Part shown: positions 47,668 to 58,032 of the stretch, piece by piece | Position numbering within the stretch: the first letter of the stretch is position 1 | How the letters are laid out: each line of letters begins with the position of its first letter | Program-made: the position numbers and the translations under genes | NCBI GenBank assembly: GCA_963765575.1 | Contig: CAVXWZ010000011.1 | Location: forward strand, 1 to 64,000 | Direction: 5' to 3' | Length of the DNA: 64,000 nucleotides | Source of the DNA: an uncultured cyanobacterium | GTDB taxonomy: Bacteria; Cyanobacteriota; Cyanobacteriia; PCC-6307; Cyanobiaceae | Notes under the pieces: model-generated | What the model saw: the letters and a program-made list of their open reading frames with translations, nothing else | Databases searched by the model: none | What the model was told of the DNA's origin: nothing

Positions 47668-48504
47668 ATGAGCGGCCTTTCCATGCGTACTGATCCCATG
47701 CGTACTGAACCCACCACCGTTCTGTTCACGAACTCCCGGCCGCGTCGCCTGACGACCCGCCCGCGGCTCCGGTTCCGCCCTGCCGGCGCCCTGGCCATGG
47801 CCGCAGCCCTGACCATGGCCGTTCTTGCTGGCGCTGCCCCGGCCCGTGCCGCCGCCATCCAGTCAGCCCAGGTCAAGCGCGTGATCGATGGCCGGGAGGT
47901 TTACATCGATGGCCGTACCGCCAAGCCCGGCAATGTCGCCCGCTCCGGGCAGCAGCTGCGCACCGGCCGCAGCCGCGCCGAGTTGCTGTTCGACGGTCGC
48001 ACGGTGGGCTTCATGGGTCGCTCCAGCGTGCTCAACGTCGGCAGCCAGTGTCTGCGCCTGGATCGGGGGGCGGTGCTGATCAGTGGCCCCCAGAAAACCT
48101 GCCTCGGCTCCAAGGTGCTGGGGGTTCGGGGCACCACCACCATCGTGCAGCGCGAGCGCGATTCCTACAACGTCATCACCCTCGAGGGGGTGGCCTACGT
48201 GGGCGAACCGGGGGGCTACGAGGAGCAACGGCAGAACCGCCCTGCCGATCAGAACCGTGCGCCCGAGACCCAGGGGGCCGCCACCGGCATTGGTGCTGTG
48301 GTGGATGCCGACCCCAGCGGCCGCACCACCTACATCTGTGGCTGTGAGGTGGCCCAGTTCAGCCTCAACGGTGAGTTCGAGCGCCAGGCGGCCCTGAGCC
48401 GCTCCCAGCTGCTGGCGGCCCTCAACCGCTTCACCGATGGCCAACTGGAGCTGCCCGCCGGCGTCGACGAGCGCATTCAGGAGTCGATCACCCGCTGCCG
48501 CTGA
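47668..48504 (+). CDS. Secreted FecR-domain protein (copy 1)
   Basis: Signal peptide (..APARA-AA), LRTGRSRAELLF, LRLDRGAVL, GVRGT; start ambiguous. Confidence 0.75.
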   Translation: MSGLSMRTDPMRTEPTTVLFTNSRPRRLTTRPRLRFRPAGALAMAAALTMAVLAGAAPARAAAIQSAQVKRVIDGREVYIDGRTAKPGNVARSGQQLRTGRSRAELLFDGRTVGFMGRSSVLNVGSQCLRLDRGAVLISGPQKTCLGSKVLGVRGTTTIVQRERDSYNVITLEGVAYVGEPGGYEEQRQNRPADQNRAPETQGAATGIGAVVDADPSGRTTYICGCEVAQFSLNGEFERQAALSRSQLLAALNRFTDGQLELPAGVDERIQESITRCR

Positions 48505-48525
48505 CAGCTCCCGGGCCCGTCAGCC

Positions 48526-50004
48526 TCACCAGATCCGCGTGGTGAAGATCTGCTTCATGCGTTTGAGCAGCTGATTTTCGTGGGCCATCACGGCGGTGGT
48601 GTTCAGATCCTCCAGCTGATGGCGGCGGGCGGTCACCAGCCGGGCCAGCTCCTCCATCAGGCCTGGATTGCGTTGGATCAGGGGAGCGATGTGTTGCTGA
48701 GCTACCTCCAGCAGCACACATTCATCGCTGGCGATCACGCTGGCGCTGCGCGGACTGTCGCTGAGGAGTGACATCTCACCGAAGATGTCGCCGGGCTTGA
48801 GCTGGGCCACGGTCCTGGCGGCCTGGCCGGCCTGCCCCTTGCGCACCTCCATCCGTCCGATGACCAGCTGGTAGAGGGAATCGCCGGGATCCCCTTCCTG
48901 AACCACCACCTCGCCCGGGGAGAACCGCAGGCAGCTGGCCTGCTGGGCGAGACTGGCCAGCTCCCCATCGCTGAGCTTGCTGAACAGCGGATTGCGCTCC
49001 AGCAGCTTGATGCGTTCGTCGTCGACCAGGCGGTTGGGATGGTTGCCATCCACCGGGGCCCGCTTGGGCCGCAGCTCCCGCACCGGATAGGGCACGCTCT
49101 GCCCGGCGCGCTCGAGGGCATACCAGATCTGGGCGAGCAGCTCACTGCGCAGCTTCAACTGGTCGAGCTCAGTGCCGGGGCGCTGAAACACCAGGATCCC
49201 GTAGCTGATGGAGCTCTCCTCGAAACTCTCCACCAGCACCACCGGGGGCGGATCGTTGAGCACCTGCGGGTGCCGCTGCAGCACATCCAGCACCAGGGCG
49301 CAGGCCTGGGTGGTGGGCAGGGCGTAGTCGAGGCCCACATGGAAGCGGTTGCCCATGCTGCCGAAGCGACCGAAGTTCCTCACCACCGCCTCGGTCACGG
49401 TGGTGTTGGGAACCACCACCAGGGTGCCTGTCATGTCGCGGAGGCAGGTGTCATGCCAGTCCACCGACACCACCACACCCCGGTGCTGCTGGTCCACTTC
49501 GATGTAGTCCCCCACCTCAAAGACGTCGTCGAGCTGCAGCTCCAGTCCGGCGAAGAGATCCTTGAGCGGTTCCTGGGCCGCCAGGCCGAGCACGGCGGTG
49601 AGCACCGCCGAGGTGGTGACCAGGCCCACCACATCGAAGCGGGCCAGCTCCCGCAGCACGATCACCGTGGCGATGGCCGATCCCCCGAGCATCAGCAGCT
49701 GCACCAGGATCTGCGGCTGCGGTTTGCGCCAGCCCAGGGCCGGGGGCAGTTCGAGGGTGAGCCAGAGCAGCAGCCGAATCAGCAGGTAGCTGACCAGCAG
49801 CTCGTCGACGACCAGAAACCAGGTGCGAGAGGAGCTGGCAGCCAGTCCTTCGCGGAAGGAGCTCCCCACGGCCCAGGCCAGCAGCGCCGCCGCCGCCAGC
49901 TGCACGGGCAGATCGGGCAGCCTCAGGCGGCGGCTGAGCTGCTTGAGCGGCAGCAGCAGGGCCAGAAACGTGATGGCGGTCAGCCACACCTGCAGCAGTG
50001 GCAT
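48526..50004 (-). CDS. MscS-family mechanosensitive channel with a C-terminal cNMP-binding domain
   Basis: LGLAAQEPLKDLFAG, FEVGDYI, VPNT, PYP; GDIFGEMSLLSDSPRSASV. Confidence 0.92.
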   Translation of the reverse strand: MPLLQVWLTAITFLALLLPLKQLSRRLRLPDLPVQLAAAALLAWAVGSSFREGLAASSSRTWFLVVDELLVSYLLIRLLLWLTLELPPALGWRKPQPQILVQLLMLGGSAIATVIVLRELARFDVVGLVTTSAVLTAVLGLAAQEPLKDLFAGLELQLDDVFEVGDYIEVDQQHRGVVVSVDWHDTCLRDMTGTLVVVPNTTVTEAVVRNFGRFGSMGNRFHVGLDYALPTTQACALVLDVLQRHPQVLNDPPPVVLVESFEESSISYGILVFQRPGTELDQLKLRSELLAQIWYALERAGQSVPYPVRELRPKRAPVDGNHPNRLVDDERIKLLERNPLFSKLSDGELASLAQQASCLRFSPGEVVVQEGDPGDSLYQLVIGRMEVRKGQAGQAARTVAQLKPGDIFGEMSLLSDSPRSASVIASDECVLLEVAQQHIAPLIQRNPGLMEELARLVTARRHQLEDLNTTAVMAHENQLLKRMKQIFTTRIW

Positions 50005-50163
50005 CCGGTGCGCGAATCAGAACGGGGGAGGCGGCTGCTCTGGCGACCACAGCTCGGCTCCAGCGCAGATTAGGTGGCGTCGCCGAGCCGGTGGTAGATC
50101 CGTGCCGTCGTCCCTGCGCTGGATCCTCACTGCGGTTGAGGATCGCCACCGCCCACCTCCGCC

Positions 50164-50880
50164 ATGACCCTTTCCTCCCCCTGGCCGGCGACGCTGGCCG
50201 TCATCACCGGCCTCGGCGCCGCCCTGGCCGCCCCCACGCCGCTGGCGGCTCAGCAGGTGCAGCTGCGCTGTGATGGCACCCTGCTGCAGGCCCAGGGCAA
50301 CGCCGAACAGAAGCGCCCGATCCAGGGCCTGCGGTTCTCCCTCGCTGTGGAGGGCGAGGGCGCCAGCACCGATGCGGCCCTCGGCCAGTTGCAGCAGCGC
50401 CTCGCTGCCGTGCGCTCGGCGCTGCAACGCCTCGACGTCCAGGAGCTGGACGTCAGCTCACCCTCCAGCTCCATGCGCCCGGCTGAGCGCGGACGCCCTG
50501 CCCTCGGCCGGGCCAGCCTGCGGGTCAGCGGTGGGCTGCGCCCGGAGCGTCTGCAGGCCCTGGTGCGCGAGGTGGGAGGCCTGCCCGGGGTGCGCCTGGC
50601 GCCGGTGAGCGCCGAGGCCGATGCGAGTGGGGCCGCAGCGGTGAGGCGCGAGCTGCTCCGGGCCGCCTACCGGGACGCCCTGGCCCAGGCCCGGGAGATG
50701 GCCGAGGCGATCGGCCTGGGCAACCCAGCCCCGCTGCAGGTGCAGATCCAATCGGCCTTTCGGCCCGTGCCCATGGCGGCGGCGGCGCGGGATGGGCAGT
50801 CAGTGCCCGACTTTGATCCCGGAGAGCTGCCCCAGCCCATCGATCGGCTGCAGCTGACGGCGCAATTCTGTGCCCGTTGA
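50164..50880 (+). CDS. SIMPL (DUF541) domain periplasmic protein
   Basis: Signal peptide; RRELLRAAYRDALAQAREMAEAIG pattern. Confidence 0.75.
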   Translation: MTLSSPWPATLAVITGLGAALAAPTPLAAQQVQLRCDGTLLQAQGNAEQKRPIQGLRFSLAVEGEGASTDAALGQLQQRLAAVRSALQRLDVQELDVSSPSSSMRPAERGRPALGRASLRVSGGLRPERLQALVREVGGLPGVRLAPVSAEADASGAAAVRRELLRAAYRDALAQAREMAEAIGLGNPAPLQVQIQSAFRPVPMAAAARDGQSVPDFDPGELPQPIDRLQLTAQFCAR

Positions 50881-50886
50881 TTCCTG

Positions 50887-50928
50887 CCAGGCCACAGCCA
50901 CGCCGTTCCAGGCCACAGCCACGCCGTT
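50887..50928. repeat. Perfect 21-bp tandem duplication
   Basis: ccaggccacagccacgccgtt present twice. Confidence 0.85.
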
Positions 50929-51005
50929 GGATACAACCGAGGCGATGGCATGGTGATGGTTAAAATACCCATGCTGAGCCAGTCTCTGATGGTGTCCTGC
51001 GGCTG

Positions 51006-51389
51006 ATGACTTCCCCCGGCGACCTCCTCCAGGCTGGGGTGCAGCTGGTCATGCTGCTGGCCATGGGCCACTTCCTGGGCGATTTCGGCCTTCAGAGTGA
51101 TCGCATGGCCCAGGAGAAGTGCCGGGGGAAGGATCACACCCTGCCCTGGCAGTGGTGGTTGATGTCCCACGCCGCCATCCACGGCCTGGTGGTGGCGGTG
51201 CTCACCGGGGTGGTGTGGCTTGGGGTGGCGGAGTGGTTGGCGCACATGCTCATTGACGATGGCAAATGTCGCCATCGTTACAGCCTTGGCTTTGATCAGT
51301 TGCTGCATCTGATCTGCAAAGTTTTGTGGGTGGTGGTGATGATCGCCAACGGCTGGCTGGGTGCCTCAGGCCTGGTGCGCCTGGCCTGA
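51006..51389 (+). CDS. DUF3307-family membrane protein
   Basis: GHFLGDFGLQ, HAAIHG, HMLIDDGK, DQLLH. Confidence 0.88.
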   Translation: MTSPGDLLQAGVQLVMLLAMGHFLGDFGLQSDRMAQEKCRGKDHTLPWQWWLMSHAAIHGLVVAVLTGVVWLGVAEWLAHMLIDDGKCRHRYSLGFDQLLHLICKVLWVVVMIANGWLGASGLVRLA

Positions 51390-51403
51390 TTCAGCTGCCG
51401 ATC

Positions 51404-53422
51404 TCATTCGTCCCCGAGGTAGGTGGTCTGCTCGAGGCTGGATTTCAGGTGGGCCATGAGCCGGCGGGCGTCGGCGATGCCCAGCCTGCCCCTGCCGATC
51501 GCCGCCTCGCTGGCCATCCGCAGCCGCTCCAGCAGCAGCGCCGGATCGTGTTCCATCGCCTCCAGCACCTCGGCGTTGGTGTCGCCGCGCACCACGTGGT
51601 CCACCTGGTATCCCCCCCCGGCCGCCACCCGGATGTGCACCGCATTGGTGCTGCCGAAGAGGTTGTGCAGATTGCCCATCACCTCCTGGTAGGCGCCGGC
51701 GAGGAACAGCCCGATCCAGTAGGGCTCACCCGGCCGCAGCCCATGCAGCTCCAGCAGCGGCTTGACCTGGCCCCGGTCGATGAAGCGGGCGAGCTTGCCG
51801 TCGGAGTCGCAGGTGAGGTCAGCGAAGCTGCCCAGCCCCAGGGGCCGCTCGTTGAGGCGCTGCAGGGGCAGCACCGGGAACAGCTGGTCGATCGCCCAGG
51901 TGTCCGGGGCCGAGCGGAACACCGAGAGGTTGGCGTAGTAGGTGCCGGCCAGCACGGCCGGCAGGGCGAGCAGCTGCTCCGGCACCGGCTGGTCCGCAGG
52001 CAGGGCCGCCAGGTGGCGGTCGATTGCCTGGCAGCAGGCCCAGGTGAGCTGCTCGGCCTGGCCCCGCTCCGGCAGGCTGAGGTAGCCCAGCCGGAACGCC
52101 GCCAGGGCGTCATCGCGGAACTTGAGGGCATCGTTCCAGGCCTCCTGCAACTGCTCCAGCCCGCCACTGCCGGTCCCAGCGCCCGTGGGCGCCGTCCAGG
52201 CCTCGATCACCCCCAGGGTGTCGCGCAGGTTGCGCAGGATCAGGGCTTCCTCCCCCAGGACCTGCGGCACCGTGCCGGCCAGGGAGGCGCTGCCGAGCAC
52301 GTTGAACACCAGCACCGAAAAGTGGCTGGCGATCGCCCGGCCGCTCTCGCTCACCAGGGTGGGGGGCGTGACGCCGTGGGGCTCACAGCACTCGCGCACC
52401 GTGGCCACCACGTCGTTGGCGTAGTTCTGCAGCGAATAGTTCTTGGAGGCAGCGCTGGCGGTGCGGCTGCCGTCGTAGTCGACGCCCAGGCCTCCGCCCA
52501 CATCGAGATAGCCCATCGGTGCCCCCAGCCGGGTGAGCTCCACGTAGATGCGTCCCGCTTCCTGCAGGGCGTCCTTGAGCACGGCGATGTCGTTGATCTG
52601 GCTGCCGATGTGGAAGTGCAGCAACCGCAGGTCGCTCAGCAGCCCCGCCGCCCGCAGGGCCTCCACGCAGGTCAGCAGATCCGGCACCGAGAGCCCGAAC
52701 TTGGCCCGCTCCCCCACCGAACTGCCCCAGCGGCCAGTGCTGCGGGTCGCCAGCTTGGCGCGGATGCCGATCAGGGGCGCGGCGCCCAGCTCATGGCTGG
52801 CGGCGATGATCCGCGGCACCTCGTCGGCCTGCTCGATCACCACCACGGGCTGGCGCCCCAGCTGGCGGGCCAGGATCGCCGTCTCGATGTAGCGCTGATC
52901 CTTGTAGCCGTTGCAGATCAGCAGGGCGTCGGGGTCGTTGAGCAGCGACAGGGCGATCAGCAGCTCGGCCTTGCTGCCCGCTTCCAGGCCGAAATGCCAG
53001 CGCCGGCCGCTCTCCACCAGCTGCTCCACCACGTGGCGCTGCTGGTTGCACTTCACCGGGAACACCCCCTGATAGCGGCCGGCGTAGCCGTATTGGGCGA
53101 TGGCCCGCTCAAAGGCGGCGTGCAGCCGCTCCAGCCGGTCTTCGAGGATGTCGTCGAAGCGGATCAGCAGCGGCAGGCTCAGGTCGCGGCCCTGCAGTTC
53201 CCCCACCAGCTCCACCAGATCCAGCGAGCCGCCCCGATCGCCCCGCGGCTGCACCATCACGTGGCCGCGGCCGCTCACCGAGAAATAGGGGTCGCCCCAG
53301 CGGTCGAGGCCGTAGAGAGCGGCGCCGTCGGCGGCGGTCCAGCCGTCGGGCTGGGCGGCTGCCGGCCCGGCACGGTCGTCGCCGGGGGGTGCGTCGTGGT
53401 GGCGGCGATCGGCGAGCACCAT
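51404..53422 (-). CDS. speA: Biosynthetic arginine decarboxylase
   Basis: FPVKCNQ, GLEAGSKAEL, CNGYKD, HFHIGSQ, DVGGGLGVDYDG, TCDSDG, GAYQEVMGNLHNLFG. Confidence 0.97.
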   Translation of the reverse strand: MVLADRRHHDAPPGDDRAGPAAAQPDGWTAADGAALYGLDRWGDPYFSVSGRGHVMVQPRGDRGGSLDLVELVGELQGRDLSLPLLIRFDDILEDRLERLHAAFERAIAQYGYAGRYQGVFPVKCNQQRHVVEQLVESGRRWHFGLEAGSKAELLIALSLLNDPDALLICNGYKDQRYIETAILARQLGRQPVVVIEQADEVPRIIAASHELGAAPLIGIRAKLATRSTGRWGSSVGERAKFGLSVPDLLTCVEALRAAGLLSDLRLLHFHIGSQINDIAVLKDALQEAGRIYVELTRLGAPMGYLDVGGGLGVDYDGSRTASAASKNYSLQNYANDVVATVRECCEPHGVTPPTLVSESGRAIASHFSVLVFNVLGSASLAGTVPQVLGEEALILRNLRDTLGVIEAWTAPTGAGTGSGGLEQLQEAWNDALKFRDDALAAFRLGYLSLPERGQAEQLTWACCQAIDRHLAALPADQPVPEQLLALPAVLAGTYYANLSVFRSAPDTWAIDQLFPVLPLQRLNERPLGLGSFADLTCDSDGKLARFIDRGQVKPLLELHGLRPGEPYWIGLFLAGAYQEVMGNLHNLFGSTNAVHIRVAAGGGYQVDHVVRGDTNAEVLEAMEHDPALLLERLRMASEAAIGRGRLGIADARRLMAHLKSSLEQTTYLGDE

Positions 53423-53622
53423 GGGGCCGGAAGACGGTTTGCTGATCGTGCCATCCTCCCCAGACTGTCGGGGGATCCAAGGCCCCTGTGTGCTCACCGC
53501 AAGGGGCAGCCCCTGTTCCGGTTCGCTGGCAGGCGCTGGTCGGTAGCCAGCGTGCCGCCAGGGTCGCGGTAGGGGCAGGTTGGCTGCCCTCTGCCTCTGC
53601 CGTCTGTCCCCTGAGCCGAGCC

Positions 53623-54366
53623 ATGACGATCGCCCCCCGCACAGCCCCCCCCACGGCCCTGCACCTGCCCCGCTCCCTGGTTCACCGCCGACCGGCCTCA
53701 GCCGCTGCCGCCGGCACGGGGGGGTTGCTGGTGCTCCTGGCCGCCGGCCTGGGGGCGCCTGCGCTGCGGGCGGCCCCCCCGCCAGTGCTGCCGCGGGTGG
53801 TGGCGGTGCCCTCGCGACCCGCCTGGGTGCAGCCACCCGGGGCCCGCGAGCGGCCCGCGGCGGTGGGACAGAGCCTGGTGACCAACACGCTGGTGCGCAC
53901 CAGCAAGCCCGGACGCCTGCAGGTGCAACTGGCCGATGGCCGCAGTTTCCGCCTCGGCGGTGATGCCCTGCTGCGCCTTCGCCCCCGCTCGTTGAAGCTC
54001 GAGCGCGGCCAGATCATCGCCTGGGTCACACCGGGGAGCCCGGGCGCCGGCCCCCTGGAGGTGCGCACCCGCAGCGCCAGCGCCTCGATCGAGGGCACAA
54101 CGGTGTTTGTGGATGCCGGTGAGCGTGACCTGCGCCTGTTCAGCTGGGAGGGCCGGGTGCGGGTGGTCACCGATGCCGGCGACACCGTGATCCTCAACAG
54201 CGGCGAGGAGCTGGCCTTCCGCGATGGTGCCTGGCAGCCGCCCCGGCGGCTCAGCCGTGAAGAGGCGGCCAAGCGCAGCGCCCGCAGCCAGTTGCTGCGG
54301 GGCTTTGACGTGCCGATGGACACCCTGCCCCTGATCGAGGAGGCCCTCGAGATCGAGGTGCGGTGA
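53623..54366 (+). CDS. Secreted FecR-domain protein (copy 2)
   Basis: Signal peptide (..PALRA-AP), VRTSKPGRLQVQLADGRSFRLG, LKLERG, VRTRSASASIEGT, EGRVRV. Confidence 0.85.
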   Translation: MTIAPRTAPPTALHLPRSLVHRRPASAAAAGTGGLLVLLAAGLGAPALRAAPPPVLPRVVAVPSRPAWVQPPGARERPAAVGQSLVTNTLVRTSKPGRLQVQLADGRSFRLGGDALLRLRPRSLKLERGQIIAWVTPGSPGAGPLEVRTRSASASIEGTTVFVDAGERDLRLFSWEGRVRVVTDAGDTVILNSGEELAFRDGAWQPPRRLSREEAAKRSARSQLLRGFDVPMDTLPLIEEALEIEVR

Positions 54367-56219
54367 GGGCGCCTGCGGCCCTGCTCTGGACCCTGCCGCT
54401 GGCGCTGCCGCTGCTGGCGCTGCCGCCCCTGGCCTCCACCCCGGCGGGGCGAGGGCTGAGCGCCCTCGACGCCCAGCTCGAGGTGCTGGCCTTCCAGCTG
54501 CGCGGCCCCCGGCCCGCCCCGGACGACCTGGTGATCCTGGCCATTGACGGCCCCTCGCTCAGCCTCGACCAGCTGCTCAGCGCCGAGGAGCGCCAGGCCT
54601 CGCCGCTCTGGAGTGCCATGGGCCCCTGGCCCTGGCCCCGGGCGCTGCAGGCGGAGCTGGCGGCCCGGCTGCTCGAGCAGGGGGCTCGCCAGGTGGTGCT
54701 GAATGTGGTGCTGGCCGAGCCCAGTCGCTACGGGCCCGCCGACGATGCGGCCTTCCGGCGGCGGCTGCAGCCCTGGCGCGCCCAGCTGGTGCTGGCGGCG
54801 GGCTGGACCGTGGAGCGGCCGTCCCCCGGCCTGGCCCTGGGCAGCCTGCGCCGCCCCGGCCTCGTCGAGCCCTGGAGGGCTGAGGGCTCACCGACGCCCC
54901 GGGAGGGCCTGACCACGGTGCTGCAGTCCCCCCAGGGGGTGGTCGATGCCATCCCCGGCCGCGCCTGGATGGCGCGCAACCTGGCGGCGTTCCCACCGCC
55001 GCTGCCAACGCCCCTCGCCTATGCCGTGGCCGAGCGGGACCCCCCGCAGGCGCCCACCGGCATCAACTACCCCGGCCCGGCCGGCAGCATCACGCGCCTG
55101 AGTGCCTGGCAGCTGCCCCAGGCCGACCCCGCCTTCTGGCGCGGCCGCACCGTGGTGATCGGCGCCACCACCGCCGGCCTGGGGGACCAGCTGGAGACGC
55201 CCTTCGGCGCCCAGAGCGGCACCGATGTGCAGGCGGCGGCGATCGCCTCGGTGCTCAGCGACCGGGGCCTGCATCCGCTGCCGGCCCCCCTGGCGGCGGC
55301 GGCTCTGCTGGCCATGGTGGCGATCAGCGCCATCAGCCTGGGCCGCAGCCCCGGTTCCCAGCGCTCGCTGCTGCTGGGGGTGGGCCTGTGCCTGGGGGGC
55401 CTGCTGCTCGCGGCGCTGCTCTGGGGTCTGGCGCTGCGACGCTCCCCGGCCGCGGCCCTGGCACTGCCGCCCCTGGCGGCGGCTGGGCTGCGGGCCAGCG
55501 GCCAGGCGCGGGGGGAACAGCGCCAGCGCCGGGTGCTTCAGAAGCTTCTGGCCAGCCGCCTCTCGCCGGCGCTGCTGGAGGAGATCCTGCGGGATCCAGC
55601 CCCCTTCTGGACCCAGGCCCAGGGGTCCCGCTGCCGCTGCGTGGTGCTGTTCACCGATCTCGAGGGGTTCACAACCCTGAGCTCGCGGCTGGAACCCGGA
55701 GCTCTGTTCGCCCTGCTCAACCGCTATTTCGATGCCATCGGCGAGTCGGTGGTGGCCGAAGGTGGGCTGCTCGACAAGTTCATCGGCGATGCCCTGATGG
55801 CGGAGTTCGGCGTGCCCCGCTCCCGGGGCGAACGCCAGGAGGCGCTGGCGGCCCTGCGGGCCGTGGCCGCCATGCGCGAGCGGCTGGCGGCCCTCAACCA
55901 GCAGCTGGCCGCGGAAGGCCTGCCGCCCCTGCGCCAGCGGCTGGGGCTCCATGTCGGTGATGTCATGGCCGGCAACCTGGGCAGTCAGCGGCACCTGGAA
56001 TTCACCGTGGTGGGGGCGGCGGTGAACGTGGCCAGCCGCCTCCAGGAGCTGGGGCGCCAATTTCCCCACTGCGACCTGCTGCTCAGCGGTGAGTTGCGCG
56101 CCCTGCTGCCCGCCGACCTGCCGCTCCAGGCTCTGGGCCAGCAGCGGCTCAAGGGCTGGCCGGAGCCCATCGCCGTGTACGGCCTGGAGCGGCAGTGCCG
56201 CCTGCGGCTGCCGCCGTAG
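54363..56219 (+). CDS. CHASE2-domain class III adenylate cyclase (copy 2)
   Basis: LVILAID, GPWPWPR, TPFG; LFTDLEGFT, DKFIGDA, FTVVGAAVNVASRL, LKG; GTG overlaps the FecR stop. Confidence 0.93.
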   Translation: MRAPAALLWTLPLALPLLALPPLASTPAGRGLSALDAQLEVLAFQLRGPRPAPDDLVILAIDGPSLSLDQLLSAEERQASPLWSAMGPWPWPRALQAELAARLLEQGARQVVLNVVLAEPSRYGPADDAAFRRRLQPWRAQLVLAAGWTVERPSPGLALGSLRRPGLVEPWRAEGSPTPREGLTTVLQSPQGVVDAIPGRAWMARNLAAFPPPLPTPLAYAVAERDPPQAPTGINYPGPAGSITRLSAWQLPQADPAFWRGRTVVIGATTAGLGDQLETPFGAQSGTDVQAAAIASVLSDRGLHPLPAPLAAAALLAMVAISAISLGRSPGSQRSLLLGVGLCLGGLLLAALLWGLALRRSPAAALALPPLAAAGLRASGQARGEQRQRRVLQKLLASRLSPALLEEILRDPAPFWTQAQGSRCRCVVLFTDLEGFTTLSSRLEPGALFALLNRYFDAIGESVVAEGGLLDKFIGDALMAEFGVPRSRGERQEALAALRAVAAMRERLAALNQQLAAEGLPPLRQRLGLHVGDVMAGNLGSQRHLEFTVVGAAVNVASRLQELGRQFPHCDLLLSGELRALLPADLPLQALGQQRLKGWPEPIAVYGLERQCRLRLPP

Positions 56220-56285
56220 CCGGCCCCGTGCTTGCCAAGCGGTAGGGCCGCCGCACACGATGGCGCCATTCCCTTTTTGTCTTCC

Positions 56286-56744
56286 ATGACTGCCGAACGC
56301 AGCTTCATCGCCATCAAGCCCGACGGCGTGCAGCGGGGGCTGGTGGGCGAGATTCTGGGGCGCTTCGAGCGCAAGGGCTTCAAGCTGGTGGGCCTCAAGC
56401 AGCTCACCCCCAGCCGGGAGCTGGCCGAACAGCATTACGGCGTGCACAGCGAGCGGCCATTCTTCGCTGGCCTGGTGGAGTTCATCACCTCCGGCCCGGT
56501 GGTGGCGATGGTGTGGGAGGGCGACGGCGTGATCGCCAGCGCCCGCAAGCTGATCGGCGCCACCAAGCCCCTGGAGGCCGAGCCCGGCACCATCCGGGGC
56601 GACCTGGCCGTCAACATCGGCCGCAACGTGATCCACGGTTCTGATGCCCCCGAGACGGCGACCTTCGAGATCGGCCTCTGGTTCCAACCCTCTGAGCTGA
56701 GCGACTGGACCCCCGCCGATCAGACCTGGCGCAGCGAGGGCTGA
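56286..56744 (+). CDS. ndk: Nucleoside diphosphate kinase
   Basis: [31 protein letters not shown]. Confidence 0.98.
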   Translation: MTAERSFIAIKPDGVQRGLVGEILGRFERKGFKLVGLKQLTPSRELAEQHYGVHSERPFFAGLVEFITSGPVVAMVWEGDGVIASARKLIGATKPLEAEPGTIRGDLAVNIGRNVIHGSDAPETATFEIGLWFQPSELSDWTPADQTWRSEG

Positions 56745-57910
56745 GGCTGCGGGCCGGGCTGGGGCCGCGGAGCTGCGGCGGTGCCGGCTCCGTTGCCAGC
56801 GAAGCGATCCCAGCGGAAGGCCCCCAGCAGCTCCCCCATGCCGGCATCCCCGGCGGCTGCGTCCAGCCCCGCCAGCTGAGCGCTGATCACCTCGGCGGTG
56901 ACGGCGGCCAGCAGCACGCCGTTGCGGTAGTGGCCCGTCGCCAGCCACAGCCCCTCGATCGCTGAGGGCCCCAGCAGCGGCGCCTGATCGGGCGTGCCGG
57001 GGCGGAACCCCCACCAGCGCTCCATCGGTGGCCAGTGGGCGGCCGCCGGCAGCAGCGCCTCAATGCCCTCCTGCAGCTGGCGCTGGCCCTGGGGGGTGAG
57101 TCCGGCGCCGAAGCCCGCCTCCGGCTCACTCGTGGCACCCACCACCAGCAGGCCGTCCCGGCGTGGCACCAGGTAGGTGCCCGGGCCGAACACCACCCGT
57201 CGCAGCGCCTCCTGCGGCCCCTGCAGCGACAGCATCTGCCCCTTGATCGGCAGCACCGGCAGCTGCGGCAGCAGCCGGGCGCTCCAGGCGCCGCAACTGA
57301 GCACGGCCCGCCCGCTGGCGATCAGCCGCTGCTGGCCCTCCACGGTGCGGGTCCAGACCCCGGCCAGGCGGCCGGCTGCGGTGTCCAGGCCCAGCACCTC
57401 ACTGCCCTCCTGGAAGCGCACCCCCAGGGCGCTGCAGGCCCGCTCCAGGGCCCGCATCAGCCGTCTGCGGTTGTCGATCTGGCCGTCCTGGGGGAACAGC
57501 AGGCCGCTGCGCCACCGCGGCCCGATGCCGTTCACCTCCCGCTCCAGGCCGCTGCGATCGATGGGGATGCCGTGGCCGGCGGTGGGGAAGCGGTCCCGCT
57601 CCGCGGCGCTCAAGAAGGGCACGACGATGCCGCAGCGCCAGAGGCCGCAGGAGAGGCCGGCATCGGCCTCGATCCCGGCCACCCAGGCGGGGACGCGCTC
57701 GAGGCTGCGCTGCCCCAGCTCGAGCATCACCCCCTCCAGGCCCTCGGCATGGGGGGCCAGCATCCCGGCGGCCACGAAGCCGGCCGCCTCGCTGCGCTGC
57801 CGGCTGAGCACCAGCACCGCCTGGCCGCGGCGGGCCAGGGCGTGGGCGGTGGCCAGTCCCATCAGGCCGCCGCCGAGCACCAGCACCGGTTCGCCACCTG
57901 CTGCCGTCAT
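56720..57910 (-). CDS. thiO: Glycine oxidase ThiO
   Basis: [42 protein letters not shown]. Confidence 0.93.
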   Translation of the reverse strand: MTAAGGEPVLVLGGGLMGLATAHALARRGQAVLVLSRQRSEAAGFVAAGMLAPHAEGLEGVMLELGQRSLERVPAWVAGIEADAGLSCGLWRCGIVVPFLSAAERDRFPTAGHGIPIDRSGLEREVNGIGPRWRSGLLFPQDGQIDNRRRLMRALERACSALGVRFQEGSEVLGLDTAAGRLAGVWTRTVEGQQRLIASGRAVLSCGAWSARLLPQLPVLPIKGQMLSLQGPQEALRRVVFGPGTYLVPRRDGLLVVGATSEPEAGFGAGLTPQGQRQLQEGIEALLPAAAHWPPMERWWGFRPGTPDQAPLLGPSAIEGLWLATGHYRNGVLLAAVTAEVISAQLAGLDAAAGDAGMGELLGAFRWDRFAGNGAGTAAAPRPQPGPQPQPSLRQV

Positions 57911-58032
57911 CGCGACCACCGCGGCCAAGGGGATCCAGGATCCAGTGTTTCAGACGGATTCACGCCATCGAGGGGGCCCGAGTTGACGCCATCCATAGGA
58001 TCAGCCTGGCCTGCATCCCGGCGCGGCAGCAG

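Noticed and set aside
56720..56744. Convergent 25-bp overlap of ndk and thiO
   Set aside because: Short 3' overlaps with low-complexity tails are common in compact GC-rich genomes.
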